Shown here piece by piece: positions 1 to 11,083 of a DNA stretch of 64,000 nt. This DNA is from an uncultured Pseudomonadales bacterium. GTDB taxonomy: Bacteria; Pseudomonadota; Gammaproteobacteria; Pseudomonadales; UBA7239. Made by a program: the position numbers and the translations under genes. The stretch covers positions 30,940 to 94,939 of the forward strand of contig CAZDWC010000004.1 in the NCBI GenBank assembly GCA_964509075.1. Direction: 5' to 3'. Position 1 is the stretch's first letter; each line of letters opens with the position of its first letter. The notes below the pieces were generated by a model. The model saw only the letters and a program-made list of their open reading frames with translations. It was not told the DNA's origin and did no database searches.

Positions 1-447
1 TCTGCCGAGTATTCCCGCATCAAAACAGTTTTTAATCCAGCTGGTAAGACGCTGCAACGGAGAATGGCATCTGGTATTGGCGAATGCACCAATCACCACA
101 TCATGCTCGCGCCTTTCAGCCAGCTGCGGGATATCCTCCGGAGCTTGCTGAAGATCATCATCCATTGTGACAATCCACTGCCCTTCGGCATGGCGCAAGC
201 CACACATGACGGCACCGGCCTTGCCGAAATTCCGTGCGAGCCGAATGCTACGCACATGCGTATGCTCCGACGACAAGGTTCCCAGCATTGGCCATGTGTC
301 GGGATTCGGCGAGCCATCATCCACGAAAATGACTTCGTGGGATTCCCCCATGCCAGTAAATACCGCCTGTAATCGGTTCACCAACTCTGGCAATGTTGCC
401 GTGCTGTTATAGACAGGAATGACGACGCTGTAGACAGGCTTATTCAT
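1..447 (-). CDS. Family-2 glycosyltransferase, polyprenyl-phosphate sugar transferase-like (ArnC/GtrB-like); C-terminal part lies outside the window
   Basis: Absent from the ORF track because it has no stop inside the window. Hand translation of the reverse complement from ATG at 447-445 gives [55 protein letters not shown]...IRLARNFGKAGAVMCGLRHAEGQWIVTMDDDLQQ. This shows the typical GT2 N-terminus plus DDGS and DDD motifs. The start overlaps the stop (440-442) of the upstream sulfotransferase gene. Confidence 0.8.
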   Translation of the reverse strand, partial: MNKPVYSVVIPVYNSTATLPELVNRLQAVFTGMGESHEVIFVDDGSPNPDTWPMLGTLSSEHTHVRSIRLARNFGKAGAVMCGLRHAEGQWIVTMDDDLQQAPEDIPQLAERREHDVVIGAFANTRCHSPLQRLTSWIKNCFDAGILGR

Positions 448-1567
448 GATACTTCTGTTCTCCCTGCACGGCATGGCTCAAAGTGCCCTGTACATTCTGA
501 AGCAAGAACCAGATTTCTTCTTCCGCCCTGTCGAGACTGGCATATGTGCCATCTGCAAGTTTCTGCAACCTGGCAAGCTCGGCATGAACTTCGTGCTCCG
601 ACAGCTGCGGGCACCCGGGTTGAAAAGGATCACGAAACGCATTGATGCTCCGCTCTGGATCAGCCGGCGTGGCCGCCATGTCCAGCCACGCCATTTCAGG
701 ACCACATACAGCGTCAAGGAATGCCACTGTCTGCCGATCCAGCACACCTTCATACCCTGATGCCATGTGCGTCGATTGCTCGAACGAGGAATTGCCGAAC
801 CACTTGCTGCCATCCTGTGAATACAATTCGCCCGCGATTACGGAATCCGGAAACAGATCCAGCTTCAGCGCTCTTGCCAACGGCTGCAGCACTGCGACTG
901 CATCATGCCCCAATTGCTCGTATCTCAGCAAATGAAACAGCGGGTTATCAAGATGCGCAATGGCATATGCCACCGACTTGCGCCAGCTCCGTGCAATCTG
1001 CAATACAGAAAGTGTTCTGCTTGCATACATCGATCCACTCCCTCCATGGATGGAGGCTACCACCGATCTGGGATCGCGTATGATCAGAAAGACCGGTATG
1101 CCTGCCTGCAAAAAACAGGGAATGAACTCTTCGCAAAATACTTCCTTGCTGCCGGCATACAAGGCAGTGTGTCTGCCAAGCATGTGTGGGTACTGCTGGG
1201 CGTAGTGTGAAAAAATATCGATCAGGCTACCGCCGATTGGCGGCAAGTCCAGCAATGCTGGCATCATCTGCCCACTGTAGCCTTTCATTCGCGTCATGAC
1301 TGCGTTAACTGCGCCTTCTGTCAACCGGTGCTGTCTGGCAAATGCCAAAAATTGCTCTCGGCTATACGTGTTGTCGTCGAACAAATCTCCCAGAGGGTAT
1401 TGCGGCACAGTCACGCCGATTTGATGATAGAAAGCCTCCTTGACTGCATAAAACAGAAATGGAAAAGGTTGTGAAGCAACAACAACCTGCGGATGGTTGT
1501 GCCAGAACTTTTCCAGTAGCGTCGTTCCTGACCGCAAATAGCCGGTAATGAAGAAAGGCTTTATCAC
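440..1567 (-). CDS. PAPS-dependent sulfotransferase family protein
   Basis: 375-aa ORF. It has an N-terminal 5'-phosphosulfate-binding loop (YLRSGTTLL) and a 3'-phosphate-binding motif ([12 protein letters not shown]). ATGA-type overlap with the upstream WbqC gene. Confidence 0.75.
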   Translation of the reverse strand: MIKPFFITGYLRSGTTLLEKFWHNHPQVVVASQPFPFLFYAVKEAFYHQIGVTVPQYPLGDLFDDNTYSREQFLAFARQHRLTEGAVNAVMTRMKGYSGQMMPALLDLPPIGGSLIDIFSHYAQQYPHMLGRHTALYAGSKEVFCEEFIPCFLQAGIPVFLIIRDPRSVVASIHGGSGSMYASRTLSVLQIARSWRKSVAYAIAHLDNPLFHLLRYEQLGHDAVAVLQPLARALKLDLFPDSVIAGELYSQDGSKWFGNSSFEQSTHMASGYEGVLDRQTVAFLDAVCGPEMAWLDMAATPADPERSINAFRDPFQPGCPQLSEHEVHAELARLQKLADGTYASLDRAEEEIWFLLQNVQGTLSHAVQGEQKYHE

Positions 1568-2265
1568 ATTCCGCCCCGATTACTTCCGCATTGCATGAAC
1601 TTTCCAGAATCGACCCCACAATTAAACAACAAGTCAAGAATGCTGACACTGTGTTCGAAATCACCCCAAAGCTGAGGGTATTCCGAATACCCTGCATAAC
1701 TGAACCACGTCACGGCCATTCCCTTCTCCGCAAACTGTGCAGACTGTAAATAATCCCTCGCTGCGGGGCCAGACACATACTCGCTTGCGCCGGCCTGCAC
1801 ACAAAGATCCACCAAGCGCTCGGTTTTTCCAGAGGGCAGCACATAGTCCCAGGAGACAGAAAGCCTTGTTCCAATATTCAGGTATCGACAAACGGCGCCG
1901 ACCAGCAGTCTATTGAATGCCGACAGGTTGTCGTGCTTTTGATCAAGATACAGCGGCGCTAGCCAGCCGGCAATTTCCTGAAAGTGAGTTGCACGTCCGT
2001 AATTGGCCTCCAGTGTCTTCCAGTGTTTCAGCTGCCAGCGGCCATCGCCCAAAGTCACATCACGAATTCGTCGGCTGATTCCCTGGCCTGTGGGAATGGT
2101 CAGCCACTGTATGCCTTGCGGTGTTTTAATCCTGTTGCGATTTCTCCAGTCATTTTTTGTGTATTGCATGTCGTCGTAAAAAATGAATTCATCAACCGCA
2201 GCAATCAGGTCGAAGTAACCTTTCCATGGGATATAGTTTGACTGCAGTATCGCAACTTTTTTCAT
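1564..2265 (-). CDS. WbqC-like family protein (polysaccharide-cluster protein of unknown biochemical function)
   Basis: 233-aa ORF. The N-terminus [48 protein letters not shown] matches the WbqC family signature as I recall it. 4-nt overlaps with both neighbouring genes. Confidence 0.8.
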   Translation of the reverse strand: MKKVAILQSNYIPWKGYFDLIAAVDEFIFYDDMQYTKNDWRNRNRIKTPQGIQWLTIPTGQGISRRIRDVTLGDGRWQLKHWKTLEANYGRATHFQEIAGWLAPLYLDQKHDNLSAFNRLLVGAVCRYLNIGTRLSVSWDYVLPSGKTERLVDLCVQAGASEYVSGPAARDYLQSAQFAEKGMAVTWFSYAGYSEYPQLWGDFEHSVSILDLLFNCGVDSGKFMQCGSNRGGM

Positions 2266-3839
2266 GGCTTCATGTCTTTTGCGACGTATATGTGATATGC
2301 CGGATTTTCATTGTGCTGCACCTGATAAAAATTTTCCTGAACATACCGATTGGTCAACGGATGTGTTCTCGCAAAGCGCCTTTCCTCCTTACCATCCAGC
2401 GCAAGATCGTAAATCAACACAAAACCCGGCTCTGCCTGCTTCAGCCTGGCAATTTCTTTCTGCTCGAATGCCGGTGATTGTGGCCAAAGGGCAAAATTTT
2501 CCCACACAGGAGCGCGCACGCTCATGAGCGCATAAGCGCCAGGCCAGAATGGCGCCACTACGAAACTACGCCCTTCTTTTGCGTATTGGCTGACCAACTG
2601 GCGGATCAGCGCAATATCCTTTGCCGTTGAACGATCAACCTGAATAACGCGGCCACTGACATGTACAGGAACGCAGGCATCCGCACGTCGACACTGCCAA
2701 CCCGGGTGCACCACATGCACCACGCACAGGCTTGTGATTAGCAATAGCAGCACCGACAGCCATTTGACCGCAGGCCGTTGCACCCGTGACAACAAAACCA
2801 TTGCCGCCATCAAGACAGGAAAGATACCTTGCGCGAGATGCGCAATATCGGCACGGGAAAAAGCAACGTGGGCATACGGAAACATGAAACAGACAGACGC
2901 AACAAGCAGCGGGGGTAAATCCCGTCGCCGTACTGACAACGCCAGCCAACCCGCGCACACAGCCGCTGACAACGGTATCGCAACAAAGAACAAACCGACC
3001 AGCCACTCGCGAATTGCCTGCAGCACGGAAAGACGGGCAACATCCGCCGCCCAAGGCCACGGCACAGCAATAGCGAGATTTGTGCTGCTCCTGTTCATCT
3101 GATGCGCAAGATTTTCATGAAAAGCTTCGCGAAATCCTTCTACCCACTGCAACATTGCCATGAGCGGCGAATACCCTATGGACAACCCAAGCAGAAATGC
3201 CGCAGCAAGCCTGAAACGTCTGCCCGGCAGTTGTTGTCCGAAATGCAGCCAAACCATGGCAATGACAAAACCCAACACGAAATAGAGCCCATGGTTGCGA
3301 CCAAAGACCGCTGCGATGCCCGCCCATACTCCAGCCATCAGAAATCGTGCCGCGCAGGGACGTCTTATCAGGAATGAAAGTGCTGCAATCGAAAAGATGG
3401 AAATCACCTCATCGAATATCTTGTGCCTGGGTATCATCCAGGCCAGTAGGATGACTGCAGCAAAGGCGAGAAAGCCGAAGTCTGTTTTTTTCTGTGTCTG
3501 CGCGATCAGAATAAGCGCCACCGACAAACCGAGCGCCTGAAAAACAGCCAGTGCTGTACGCAATGCAGTGATGCCGTCATCCGCCAATAGCGACATGATT
3601 GCCGCGCACCAGTAGTAGCGGCCCGGATCATATGCCTTGAAATCCAGTTTGGGGATCTCGCCTGCCAGCGTCCGCTGGGCGCCGTACCACAAGAATCCCT
3701 CATCCCATAGGTTTAACCCTGCTTTTCCCTGCCATACATAAAGGGACAGCACGAAAAGACAGGCAATCCCGCAAATGGCGACATATGCCGTTCTGCTGTC
3801 CTTGTCACGCTGCATCATTCGGGTGTGCTCACCATCCAA
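2262..3839 (-). CDS. Polytopic inner-membrane protein, GT-C-fold (ArnT/PMT-like) glycosyltransferase candidate
   Basis: 525-aa ORF with about 10 or more hydrophobic segments. A DE-containing first loop ([11 protein letters not shown]) resembles GT-C enzymes, and the C-terminal ~150 aa look soluble. First gene of a tightly overlapping 4-gene set. Family assignment is by architecture only. Confidence 0.55.
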   Translation of the reverse strand: MDGEHTRMMQRDKDSRTAYVAICGIACLFVLSLYVWQGKAGLNLWDEGFLWYGAQRTLAGEIPKLDFKAYDPGRYYWCAAIMSLLADDGITALRTALAVFQALGLSVALILIAQTQKKTDFGFLAFAAVILLAWMIPRHKIFDEVISIFSIAALSFLIRRPCAARFLMAGVWAGIAAVFGRNHGLYFVLGFVIAMVWLHFGQQLPGRRFRLAAAFLLGLSIGYSPLMAMLQWVEGFREAFHENLAHQMNRSSTNLAIAVPWPWAADVARLSVLQAIREWLVGLFFVAIPLSAAVCAGWLALSVRRRDLPPLLVASVCFMFPYAHVAFSRADIAHLAQGIFPVLMAAMVLLSRVQRPAVKWLSVLLLLITSLCVVHVVHPGWQCRRADACVPVHVSGRVIQVDRSTAKDIALIRQLVSQYAKEGRSFVVAPFWPGAYALMSVRAPVWENFALWPQSPAFEQKEIARLKQAEPGFVLIYDLALDGKEERRFARTHPLTNRYVQENFYQVQHNENPAYHIYVAKDMKP

Positions 3840-3900
3840 AATGGCATTTTACTGAAAAGGGCCTGCACATGTTTATGTGTTGCCATTCTTTAAGGCGACA

Positions 3901-6900
3901 TCACCCGACCAGCCTCTGCAGCAACACCTGTACTGCCTCGAAACGTAACTCTGCATCTTCCAGATCATCCTTGATCACCAGTCGCTTGCCTTCTTCGAGC
4001 TTGTAACGTGTCGGGTATTTCTGGATCAGTTTCACCAACTCGAACGGATCCACTTGCGTCTGCGAACCGAATTCCACGCGCAAGCCGCCGGCGTGGCCTT
4101 CCAGTTTCTCGATGCCGAGCTTTACCATCTGCAAGCGCAAGCTGGTCTGGCGGAACAGGTTTTTCACTGCGTCCGGCAGCAGGCCGAAGCGGTCGATCAT
4201 TTCCACCTGCAAATCGCGCAGGCTGTCGTCATCCGCGGCGCAGGCAATGCGGCGATACAACACTAGCCGCGTCGCGGCATCAGGCAAATAATCTTCAGGG
4301 ATCAGCGCCGGGATGCGCAAATTGATTTCATTGTTCTGCTGGCCGGTGATATTGGCACCAGCCACTTTGCCTTCCTTCAGGTTTTTGACTGCACGCTCCA
4401 GCATCTCCATATACAAATTGAAACCGATGCTTTCGATCTGCCCACTCTGCTGCTCGCCGAGCAATTCACCCGCGCCGCGAATTTCCAGATCGTGATTGGC
4501 GAGCAGATAACCGGCACCGAGTGTGTCGGCATGGCAGATGGCTTCCAGACGTTTTTCTGCATCCGGGGTGATATTGCGCACATCCGGGGTCAACAGATAT
4601 GCATAGGCCTGGTGATGTGAGCGCCCGACACGACCGCGCAACTGGTGCAACTGCGCCAGGCCGAATTTATCTGCACGCTCGATAATAATCGTGTTGGCAT
4701 TCGGCACATCGATGCCTGTTTCAATTATCGTGGTGCACACCAGCACATTGAAGCGCTGGTGATAGAAATCGGACATCACCTGTTCCAGATCGCGTTCGCG
4801 CATCTGGCCGTGGCCGATCACCACACGCGCTTCCGGCACCAGTTCGCTGATGCCTTGCGCACACTTCTCGATGGTCGCGACATCATTGTGCAAGAAGTAC
4901 ACCTGCCCGCCGCGCAACAGCTCGCGCAGTATTGCCTCCTTTACCGTGGCATCATCGTAAACACGCGAGAAAGTTTTGATCGCCAGGCGCTTGGCTGGCG
5001 GCGTGGCGATAATCGACAGATCGCGCATACCCGCCATCGACATGTTCAGCGTGCGCGGAATCGGCGTTGCCGTCATGGTGAGAATATCTACCTGCGCGCG
5101 CATGGCTTTCATGCGTTCTTTCTGCTTGACGCCGAAGCGGTGTTCTTCGTCGATAATCAACAGCCCGAGGTTCTTGAATTTCACATCGTCCTGCAACAGG
5201 CGATGCGTGCCGATGATGATATCGATCTGTCCGGCTGCCACTTTTTCCAGCACCGCATCCTGTTCTTTTGCCGTGCGAAAACGGGAAATGGTTTCGATGC
5301 GCACCGGCCACTGCGCAAAGCGGTCGCGGAAATTTTCGCCGTGCTGTTGTGCCAACAGCGTGGTTGGCACCAGCACGGCCACTTGCCGCTGATTGAGCGC
5401 AGCGAGAAAAGCTGCGCGCATCGCCACTTCGGTTTTGCCGAAACCGACGTCACCGCACACCAACCTGTCCATCGGTTTGCCGGCCAACATGTCGCCAATG
5501 ACGGCAGCAATAGCGGTTTGTTGATCCGGCGTTTCTTCAAACGGAAACTCTGCCGCGAACTGTTGCATTTCAATATCGGCAATGGCAAAAGCTTCACGGC
5601 TGCGCGCCGCGCGGCGCGCATGGATTTCCAGCAAATGTGCTGCCACATCCTCAATCTGCTGCGCCGCCTTGGCGCGCGCTTTTTGCCACTGCTCGGAACC
5701 AAGCCTGTGCCACGGCGCGAGATCGGCATCGGCTCCGCCGTAACGGCTGATCAGATGCAGCGAGGTGACCGGCACATACAAACTCGCATCGCCTGCGTAA
5801 CGCAGATGCAGGAATTCGCCACTGCTGCCGCCAATATCCAGCGCAATCAACCCCTGATAACGACCGACACCGTGCTCGATATGCACCACTGGTGCACCGA
5901 GTGACAATTCACTGAGATGTTTGATTGCATTGTCTGCTGCGTCCACCTGTTGCTTGCGGCGGCGCTTCTGCAACACCTGCTGCCCGAAAAGTTGGCTTTC
6001 GCTGAGCAGCAACAAGTTTTCCTGCGGCAAAAACAAACTGCGATCCAATGCCGCCTGCGTCAGGGCCAAGGCAGCCTCGCCATCGACAAACGCCTGCCAA
6101 TTTCCGACATTCGTCAATGCCAGCTGGTTTTGTGCGAACAGATTGTGCAGGGCTTCAGCGCGACCAGCAGATTCTGCACACAGCAGCAAGCGACAACCGG
6201 CATGTTCTTTCAGGAAATTTTGCAGGGCCGACAGCGGCTGCACTTCGCGTGCATGCAGTGCCAGATCCGGCACCGGCACACTGCCAAGTGCCACAGCATG
6301 TTCCGTACCGTCGGCACAGCATTCGATCACGGCCTGTTTCTTGAGTTGCGCGAACAACTCTTCGGTGGGTACAAACGCCTCGTGCGGCTTCAGCAGCGGG
6401 CGATACTGTTCCAGATGCAGGTTTTCATAGCGAGCACGGATTTCCAGCTGGTATCTTTCTGCTGCGCCGAATACATCGCCGACTTGCGCAATCAGGCAAT
6501 CGTCAGGCAGATAATCCAGCAGCTGTGCACACTGCTCGAAAAACAGCGGCAAAAAATATTCTGCTCCCGGCGCAGGAATGCCTGCAGCGATATCCTGATA
6601 CAGGGATGATTTTTTCGGGTCGCTGTGCGTAAACCGATCGTGCCAGCGATCGAGAAATGTATTGATGCCGGACTTGGTCAACAGGAATTCGCGCGCCGGC
6701 AACAGGCGTATCGAAGCAACTTTTTCGATGGTACGCTGCGTCTCGGCATCAAAACTACGCAGCGATTCGATTTCATCGTCGAACAGGTCAATACGGTACG
6801 GCACTTCACTGCCGGCGGGAAAAATATCCATCACCGCGCCGCGCAGCGCGAATTCGCCGTGCTCACTCACCGTATCCACACAGCGATAACCGCAACTCTC

Positions 6901-7341
6901 CAAACGCTTGCGCGTGGCATGCGCATCAAACCGCTCGCCGGTTTTCAGATCGAAAACTTGCCCGGCAATAAACTCGCGCGGCGGCAGGCGATTCATCAAA
7001 CTCGCCACTGGCAATACCAGCGTGCACGGCTCGCCACTCAACAATTGTGCCAGCGCGGCCAGCCGTTCGGAAACAATATCCTGGTGCGGTGAAAAATTAT
7101 CGTAAGGCAGGGTTTCCCACGCCGGGAAATTCAACACCTTCAGCTGCTCGCCGCCGAAGAACTGCATCTCGGCCTGCAACTGTCGTGCACCGGCGGCATC
7201 TTCCGTCACCACCAGCATCACACCGGTATAACGGGATTGCGCAGACGCCAGCGCCAGGCCGGTGGCAGCGCCGTGCAGGCCGCTCCAGCGTTGGCGGGAA
7301 CCTTGGGCAGAACGCAGGGGCGGAGTAAAGATAGAAGTCAT
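3901..7341 (-). CDS. mfd: Transcription-repair coupling factor Mfd
   Basis: 1146 aa. Helicase motifs GDVGFGKTEVAMRAAF and IIDEEHRFG, plus a TRG/translocase region. Length and domain order are typical of Mfd. Confidence 0.97.
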   Translation of the reverse strand: MTSIFTPPLRSAQGSRQRWSGLHGAATGLALASAQSRYTGVMLVVTEDAAGARQLQAEMQFFGGEQLKVLNFPAWETLPYDNFSPHQDIVSERLAALAQLLSGEPCTLVLPVASLMNRLPPREFIAGQVFDLKTGERFDAHATRKRLESCGYRCVDTVSEHGEFALRGAVMDIFPAGSEVPYRIDLFDDEIESLRSFDAETQRTIEKVASIRLLPAREFLLTKSGINTFLDRWHDRFTHSDPKKSSLYQDIAAGIPAPGAEYFLPLFFEQCAQLLDYLPDDCLIAQVGDVFGAAERYQLEIRARYENLHLEQYRPLLKPHEAFVPTEELFAQLKKQAVIECCADGTEHAVALGSVPVPDLALHAREVQPLSALQNFLKEHAGCRLLLCAESAGRAEALHNLFAQNQLALTNVGNWQAFVDGEAALALTQAALDRSLFLPQENLLLLSESQLFGQQVLQKRRRKQQVDAADNAIKHLSELSLGAPVVHIEHGVGRYQGLIALDIGGSSGEFLHLRYAGDASLYVPVTSLHLISRYGGADADLAPWHRLGSEQWQKARAKAAQQIEDVAAHLLEIHARRAARSREAFAIADIEMQQFAAEFPFEETPDQQTAIAAVIGDMLAGKPMDRLVCGDVGFGKTEVAMRAAFLAALNQRQVAVLVPTTLLAQQHGENFRDRFAQWPVRIETISRFRTAKEQDAVLEKVAAGQIDIIIGTHRLLQDDVKFKNLGLLIIDEEHRFGVKQKERMKAMRAQVDILTMTATPIPRTLNMSMAGMRDLSIIATPPAKRLAIKTFSRVYDDATVKEAILRELLRGGQVYFLHNDVATIEKCAQGISELVPEARVVIGHGQMRERDLEQVMSDFYHQRFNVLVCTTIIETGIDVPNANTIIIERADKFGLAQLHQLRGRVGRSHHQAYAYLLTPDVRNITPDAEKRLEAICHADTLGAGYLLANHDLEIRGAGELLGEQQSGQIESIGFNLYMEMLERAVKNLKEGKVAGANITGQQNNEINLRIPALIPEDYLPDAATRLVLYRRIACAADDDSLRDLQVEMIDRFGLLPDAVKNLFRQTSLRLQMVKLGIEKLEGHAGGLRVEFGSQTQVDPFELVKLIQKYPTRYKLEEGKRLVIKDDLEDAELRFEAVQVLLQRLVG

Positions 7342-7445
7342 TGGCAGACAATGTAATTAAGACGAATCAGGTCACAGATTCTAACAAATTGCCCTGCACT
7401 GCATTGGGCGGCAGCCATCACACCCTCACCCGGCGCTATGCGCCA

Positions 7446-7469
7446 CCCTCTCCCGCAAGCGGGAGAGGG
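7446..7469. repeat. REP-like GC-rich hairpin (CCCTCTCCCGC-AA-GCGGGAGAGGG)
   Basis: 11-bp perfect stem with a 2-nt loop in the divergent mfd/hslV intergenic region. It is not positioned as a terminator. It shares its style with hairpins at 26136-26245 and 43407-44056. Confidence 0.5.
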
Positions 7470-7483
7470 CAATACTGCGATGT

Positions 7484-7511
7484 CTTGAAATCGCCACAAT
7501 CGCCCATAGAT
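7484..7511 (+). promoter_or_regulatory. Candidate sigma32 (heat-shock) promoter of hslVU
   Basis: CTTGAAA (7484-7490) is followed after ~12 nt by CCCATAGAT (7503-7511), compared with the consensus CTTGAAA-N13-15-CCCCATnT. It lies ~35 nt upstream of the hslV start. hslVU is a classical sigma32 operon in E. coli. Confidence 0.45.
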
Positions 7512-7542
7512 TCGTGATGCTCACTGAACCTACAGGTGCCTC

Positions 7543-8085
7543 TTGGAACAATATCGCGGAACCACCATTCTCTCCGTGCGCCGTTACGGCCACGTTGTCA
7601 TCGGCGGCGACGGCCAGGTCTCGCTCGGCAATACCATCATGAAAGGCAATGCGCGCAAAGTGCGCCGCTTGTATCACGACAAGGTACTAGCCGGCTTTGC
7701 CGGTGGCACAGCCGATGCCTTCACGCTGTTTGAGCGCTTTGAAGCCAAGCTGGAAAAATACCAGGGCCATCTGGTGCGCTCGGCAGTGGAGCTCGCCAAG
7801 GACTGGCGCACTGATCGCGCGCTCCGCCGTCTGGAAGCGCTGCTGATTGTCGCCGACAAAACCAGCTCGCTGATCATCACCGGCAATGGCGATGTGATCG
7901 AGCAGGAAGACGATTTGCTCGCCATCGGCTCCGGCGGCTCCTTTGCGCAATCTGCCGCCACCGCCCTGCTGCACAACACCGAATTGTCGGCACGCGAGAT
8001 AGTCGAGAAAAGTCTCGCCATCGCTGCCGACATCTGTATCTACACCAATCACAGCCGCACGATTGAAGAACTGGAGTGCAACTGA
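7543..8085 (+). CDS. hslV: ATP-dependent protease subunit HslV
   Basis: 180 aa. TTILSVRR...GDGQVS core. Apparent TTG start gives a 6-residue extension (MEQYRG) ahead of the catalytic Thr. No in-frame ATG or GTG lies closer to it. Confidence 0.93.
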   Translation: MEQYRGTTILSVRRYGHVVIGGDGQVSLGNTIMKGNARKVRRLYHDKVLAGFAGGTADAFTLFERFEAKLEKYQGHLVRSAVELAKDWRTDRALRRLEALLIVADKTSSLIITGNGDVIEQEDDLLAIGSGGSFAQSAATALLHNTELSAREIVEKSLAIAADICIYTNHSRTIEELECN

Positions 8086-9428
8086 TGTCTTATGTCAAAG
8101 AATCATCCGGCATGACGCCGCGCGAGATCGTCAGTGAACTCGACAAACACATCATCGGCCAGCACGACGCCAAACGCGCCGTGGCTATTGCCCTGCGCAA
8201 CCGCTGGCGCCGCATGCAACTCGATGAAAGCCTGCGCACCGAAATCACGCCGAAAAACATTCTGATGATAGGCCCCACCGGCGTCGGCAAAACCGAAATC
8301 GCACGCCGCCTGGCCAAACTCGCCGATGCGCCTTTTATAAAAGTTGAAGCAACGAAATTTACCGAAGTGGGTTATGTCGGCCGCGACGTGGAATCCATCG
8401 TGCGCGATCTGATCGAAATCTCCATCAAACTGCATCGCGAACGCGCCATGGAAAAAGTGCAGCTGCGCGCGCAGGATGCCGCTGAAGACCGCGTGCTCGA
8501 TGCCCTGCTGCCGCCGGCGCGCGACATGGATGCCACAGAGAAAGAAAACAGCACGCGCCAGTTGTTTCGCAAGAAATTGCGTGAAGGTGAACTCAATGAC
8601 AAGGAAATTGAAATTGAAGTCGCCGCAGCGCACGTTGGCGTGGAGATCATGGCGCCTCCCGGCATGGAAGAAATGACCAGCCAGTTGCAGCAGATGTTTT
8701 CCAATATGTCGCATGACAAGAAACGCGTGCGCAAGATGACCGTCAAGGCCGCGATGAAACAACTGCAGGATGAAGAAGCCGCAAGACTGATCAATGACGA
8801 GGAAATCAAGACACAGGCAGTGACGGCCGCCGAACAGAACGGCATTGTCTTCATCGACGAAATCGACAAGGTCTGCCGGCGCGGCGAAACCAGTGGCGCC
8901 GATGTCTCGCGCGAAGGCGTGCAGCGCGACCTGTTGCCGCTGATCGAAGGCTGCACAGTGACCACCAAGTACGGCATGATCAAGACCGATCACATCCTGT
9001 TTATCGCCTCGGGCGCATTCCATCTCGCTAAACCGTCCGACCTGATTCCGGAATTGCAGGGCCGCCTGCCAATTCGTGTGGAACTGGAAGCACTGACGCC
9101 GGATGATTTCGAGCGCATCCTGCAGGAGCCGAGTGCGTCACTCACTGAACAGTATCAGGCGCTACTCAAAACCGAAGGCCTGACCATTTCGTTTGCCAAA
9201 GACGGCATACGCCGCCTCGCGGAAATCGCCTGGCAGGTGAATGACAAAACCGAAAATATCGGTGCGCGCCGTCTGCACACGGTGATGGAGCGTTTGCTGG
9301 AAGAAATTTCCTTTGCCGCAGGCGACATGGCTGCCGAGCAGGCGCACGTGGTGATTGATGCCGCCTATGTGGAAACACATCTCGGCGCACTGTCGCAGGA
9401 TGAAGACTTGAGCCGCTTTATTTTGTAA
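8085..9428 (+). CDS. hslU: ATP-dependent protease ATPase subunit HslU
   Basis: [17 protein letters not shown], Walker [16 protein letters not shown] and Walker B VFIDEIDK. The ATG at 8085 overlaps the hslV TGA by 1 nt; the track ORF begins 9 nt further upstream. Confidence 0.96.
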   Translation: MSYVKESSGMTPREIVSELDKHIIGQHDAKRAVAIALRNRWRRMQLDESLRTEITPKNILMIGPTGVGKTEIARRLAKLADAPFIKVEATKFTEVGYVGRDVESIVRDLIEISIKLHRERAMEKVQLRAQDAAEDRVLDALLPPARDMDATEKENSTRQLFRKKLREGELNDKEIEIEVAAAHVGVEIMAPPGMEEMTSQLQQMFSNMSHDKKRVRKMTVKAAMKQLQDEEAARLINDEEIKTQAVTAAEQNGIVFIDEIDKVCRRGETSGADVSREGVQRDLLPLIEGCTVTTKYGMIKTDHILFIASGAFHLAKPSDLIPELQGRLPIRVELEALTPDDFERILQEPSASLTEQYQALLKTEGLTISFAKDGIRRLAEIAWQVNDKTENIGARRLHTVMERLLEEISFAAGDMAAEQAHVVIDAAYVETHLGALSQDEDLSRFIL

Positions 9429-11073
9429 GCGGCTCGTCGGCGATTGCTGCGCGGCAGAAACTGACGGCACTGGCCAGATCGGCAAAATGCCGGGCGTAAC
9501 CTTGTGGCGTCAACAGTTCGGCGTGCTGCAGTTTCTGTTGCACGCGCGCGCTGGCTTCACAGAGCAGCACTTGCACATGACGTTTGTGCAGATCCGCAAT
9601 CATTTCTTCAATCGCCTGCAAGCCGGTAGCGTCCATGAATGGCACGCGCCCGAGACGGATGATCAGCATGCGCGGATCACGTTGTATTTTTGCCAGCACT
9701 TGCTCGAAGGTATCCACTGCAGCAAAAAAGAAGGGCCCGTCGATGCTGTAGACCATCACCTCGGCTGGCAGTGACTGTTGCTGCAGCTGCGTTTGCAATT
9801 CATCTGCATCGTGTAAACGCACCTCGACGCTGCCCGCCATCTTGCCGAGAAATACCAGCGTCGCCAGCATCACGCCGATATTCACCGCCACCACCAGATC
9901 GGTGAACACCGTGAGCGTGAACGTGATCAGCAGAATCGCGACATCCGCTTGCGGTGCATGTTTGACCATATGCACAAAATGTTTTGCCTCACTCATGTTC
10001 CAGGCAACCACGAACAATATAGCCGCGAGTGTGCACAACGGAATGGCGGCAGCGAGCGGCGCCAGCAACAAGATAATTAGCACTAGAGTCAGCGAATGTA
10101 TGACACCCGCCAATGGACTGGTGGCGCCGTTGCGCACATTGGTGGCGGTGCGCGCGATGGCACCCGTGGCCGCAAAACCGCCAAACAGCGGTGCCAGGAT
10201 GTTGGCGATGCCCTGGCCGATCAGTTCCTGATTGGAATCGTGTTTGGTGCCGGCCATGCCATCAGCCACCACCGCCGACAACAGCGATTCGATAGCGCCG
10301 AGCATGGCGATTGCAAAGGCCGGGCCGGTAAGCTCGATGATGCGCGCCAGACTGATTTCCGGCAGCTGAAACTGCGGCAGGCCTTGCGGGATACCGCCAA
10401 ATGCCGAGCCGATAGTCGCCACCCCCTCGAAGTGGAAGACGGCCTGCAGCAGCGTCACCACCACCAGCGCCACCAGAGGGCCGGGCACGCGCCGCAACGG
10501 TGGCAGGCGTGACGCGTACAGCACGATCAACAGACTGAGCACGGCCAGTACCGTAGTGGCGAGATGCAGCTGCGGCAAATGCACAATCAACTGCAGCAGT
10601 TTTTCATGGAAATGCTTGCCACTGGCGGTTGGCAAACCCAGAAACGCTGCCCATTGCCCCACCCAGATAATGACGCCGATACCGGCGGTGAAGCCGGTAA
10701 TTACCGGCGCAGGGATATAACGAATCACCACCCCCATGCGACTGACACCCAGCACGACGAGGATGGCACCGGCCATCAGCGTCGCCAGTTGCAGGCCGGC
10801 GATGCCGTGTTCGGCGGTTATCGCAGCAAGGATGACAACGAAGGCGCCGGTAGGACCGGCAATTTGCAGGCGGCTGCCGCCAAACAGCGAAACCGCCAAC
10901 CCGGCAATGATCGCTGTATACAACCCCTGCTCAGGCTTGGCACCGGAGGCTATGGCAAAGGCCAGCGCCAGCGGCAAGGCCACCACGCCGACAATGACAC
11001 CGGCCACCAGGTTGTGGGGCCAATGCTTGCGGCCCAGCAGACCGACCCGCCAGGCTTCCTTTACGGCGATCAT
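9418..11073 (-). CDS. SulP-family anion permease with C-terminal STAS domain
   Basis: Multi-TM core with GxxxGP-rich helices and a C-terminal STAS-like segment ([21 protein letters not shown]). Start chosen at MIAVKEAW (11073), which is preceded by GGAG. The track ORF extends to 11157. Confidence 0.88.
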   Translation of the reverse strand: MIAVKEAWRVGLLGRKHWPHNLVAGVIVGVVALPLALAFAIASGAKPEQGLYTAIIAGLAVSLFGGSRLQIAGPTGAFVVILAAITAEHGIAGLQLATLMAGAILVVLGVSRMGVVIRYIPAPVITGFTAGIGVIIWVGQWAAFLGLPTASGKHFHEKLLQLIVHLPQLHLATTVLAVLSLLIVLYASRLPPLRRVPGPLVALVVVTLLQAVFHFEGVATIGSAFGGIPQGLPQFQLPEISLARIIELTGPAFAIAMLGAIESLLSAVVADGMAGTKHDSNQELIGQGIANILAPLFGGFAATGAIARTATNVRNGATSPLAGVIHSLTLVLIILLLAPLAAAIPLCTLAAILFVVAWNMSEAKHFVHMVKHAPQADVAILLITFTLTVFTDLVVAVNIGVMLATLVFLGKMAGSVEVRLHDADELQTQLQQQSLPAEVMVYSIDGPFFFAAVDTFEQVLAKIQRDPRMLIIRLGRVPFMDATGLQAIEEMIADLHKRHVQVLLCEASARVQQKLQHAELLTPQGYARHFADLASAVSFCRAAIADEPLTK

Positions 11074-11083
11074 CTCCGATACC

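Noticed and set aside
64-372. 102-aa plus-strand ORF at the window start
   Set aside because: It is the antisense shadow of the GT2 gene. The minus-strand reading gives an unmistakable glycosyltransferase sequence, whereas the plus-strand product has no recognisable features.
4645-5904. 419-aa plus-strand ORF inside mfd. Similar long antisense ORFs occur at 8103-9023, 10564-11421, 13863-15746, 21156-22349, 26610-27953, 45609-46724, 48465-49652 and 53533-55089.
   Set aside because: These are typical GC-rich shadow ORFs. They are Arg/Ala/His/Gln-rich, lack motifs, and each fully overlaps a strongly supported gene on the other strand.
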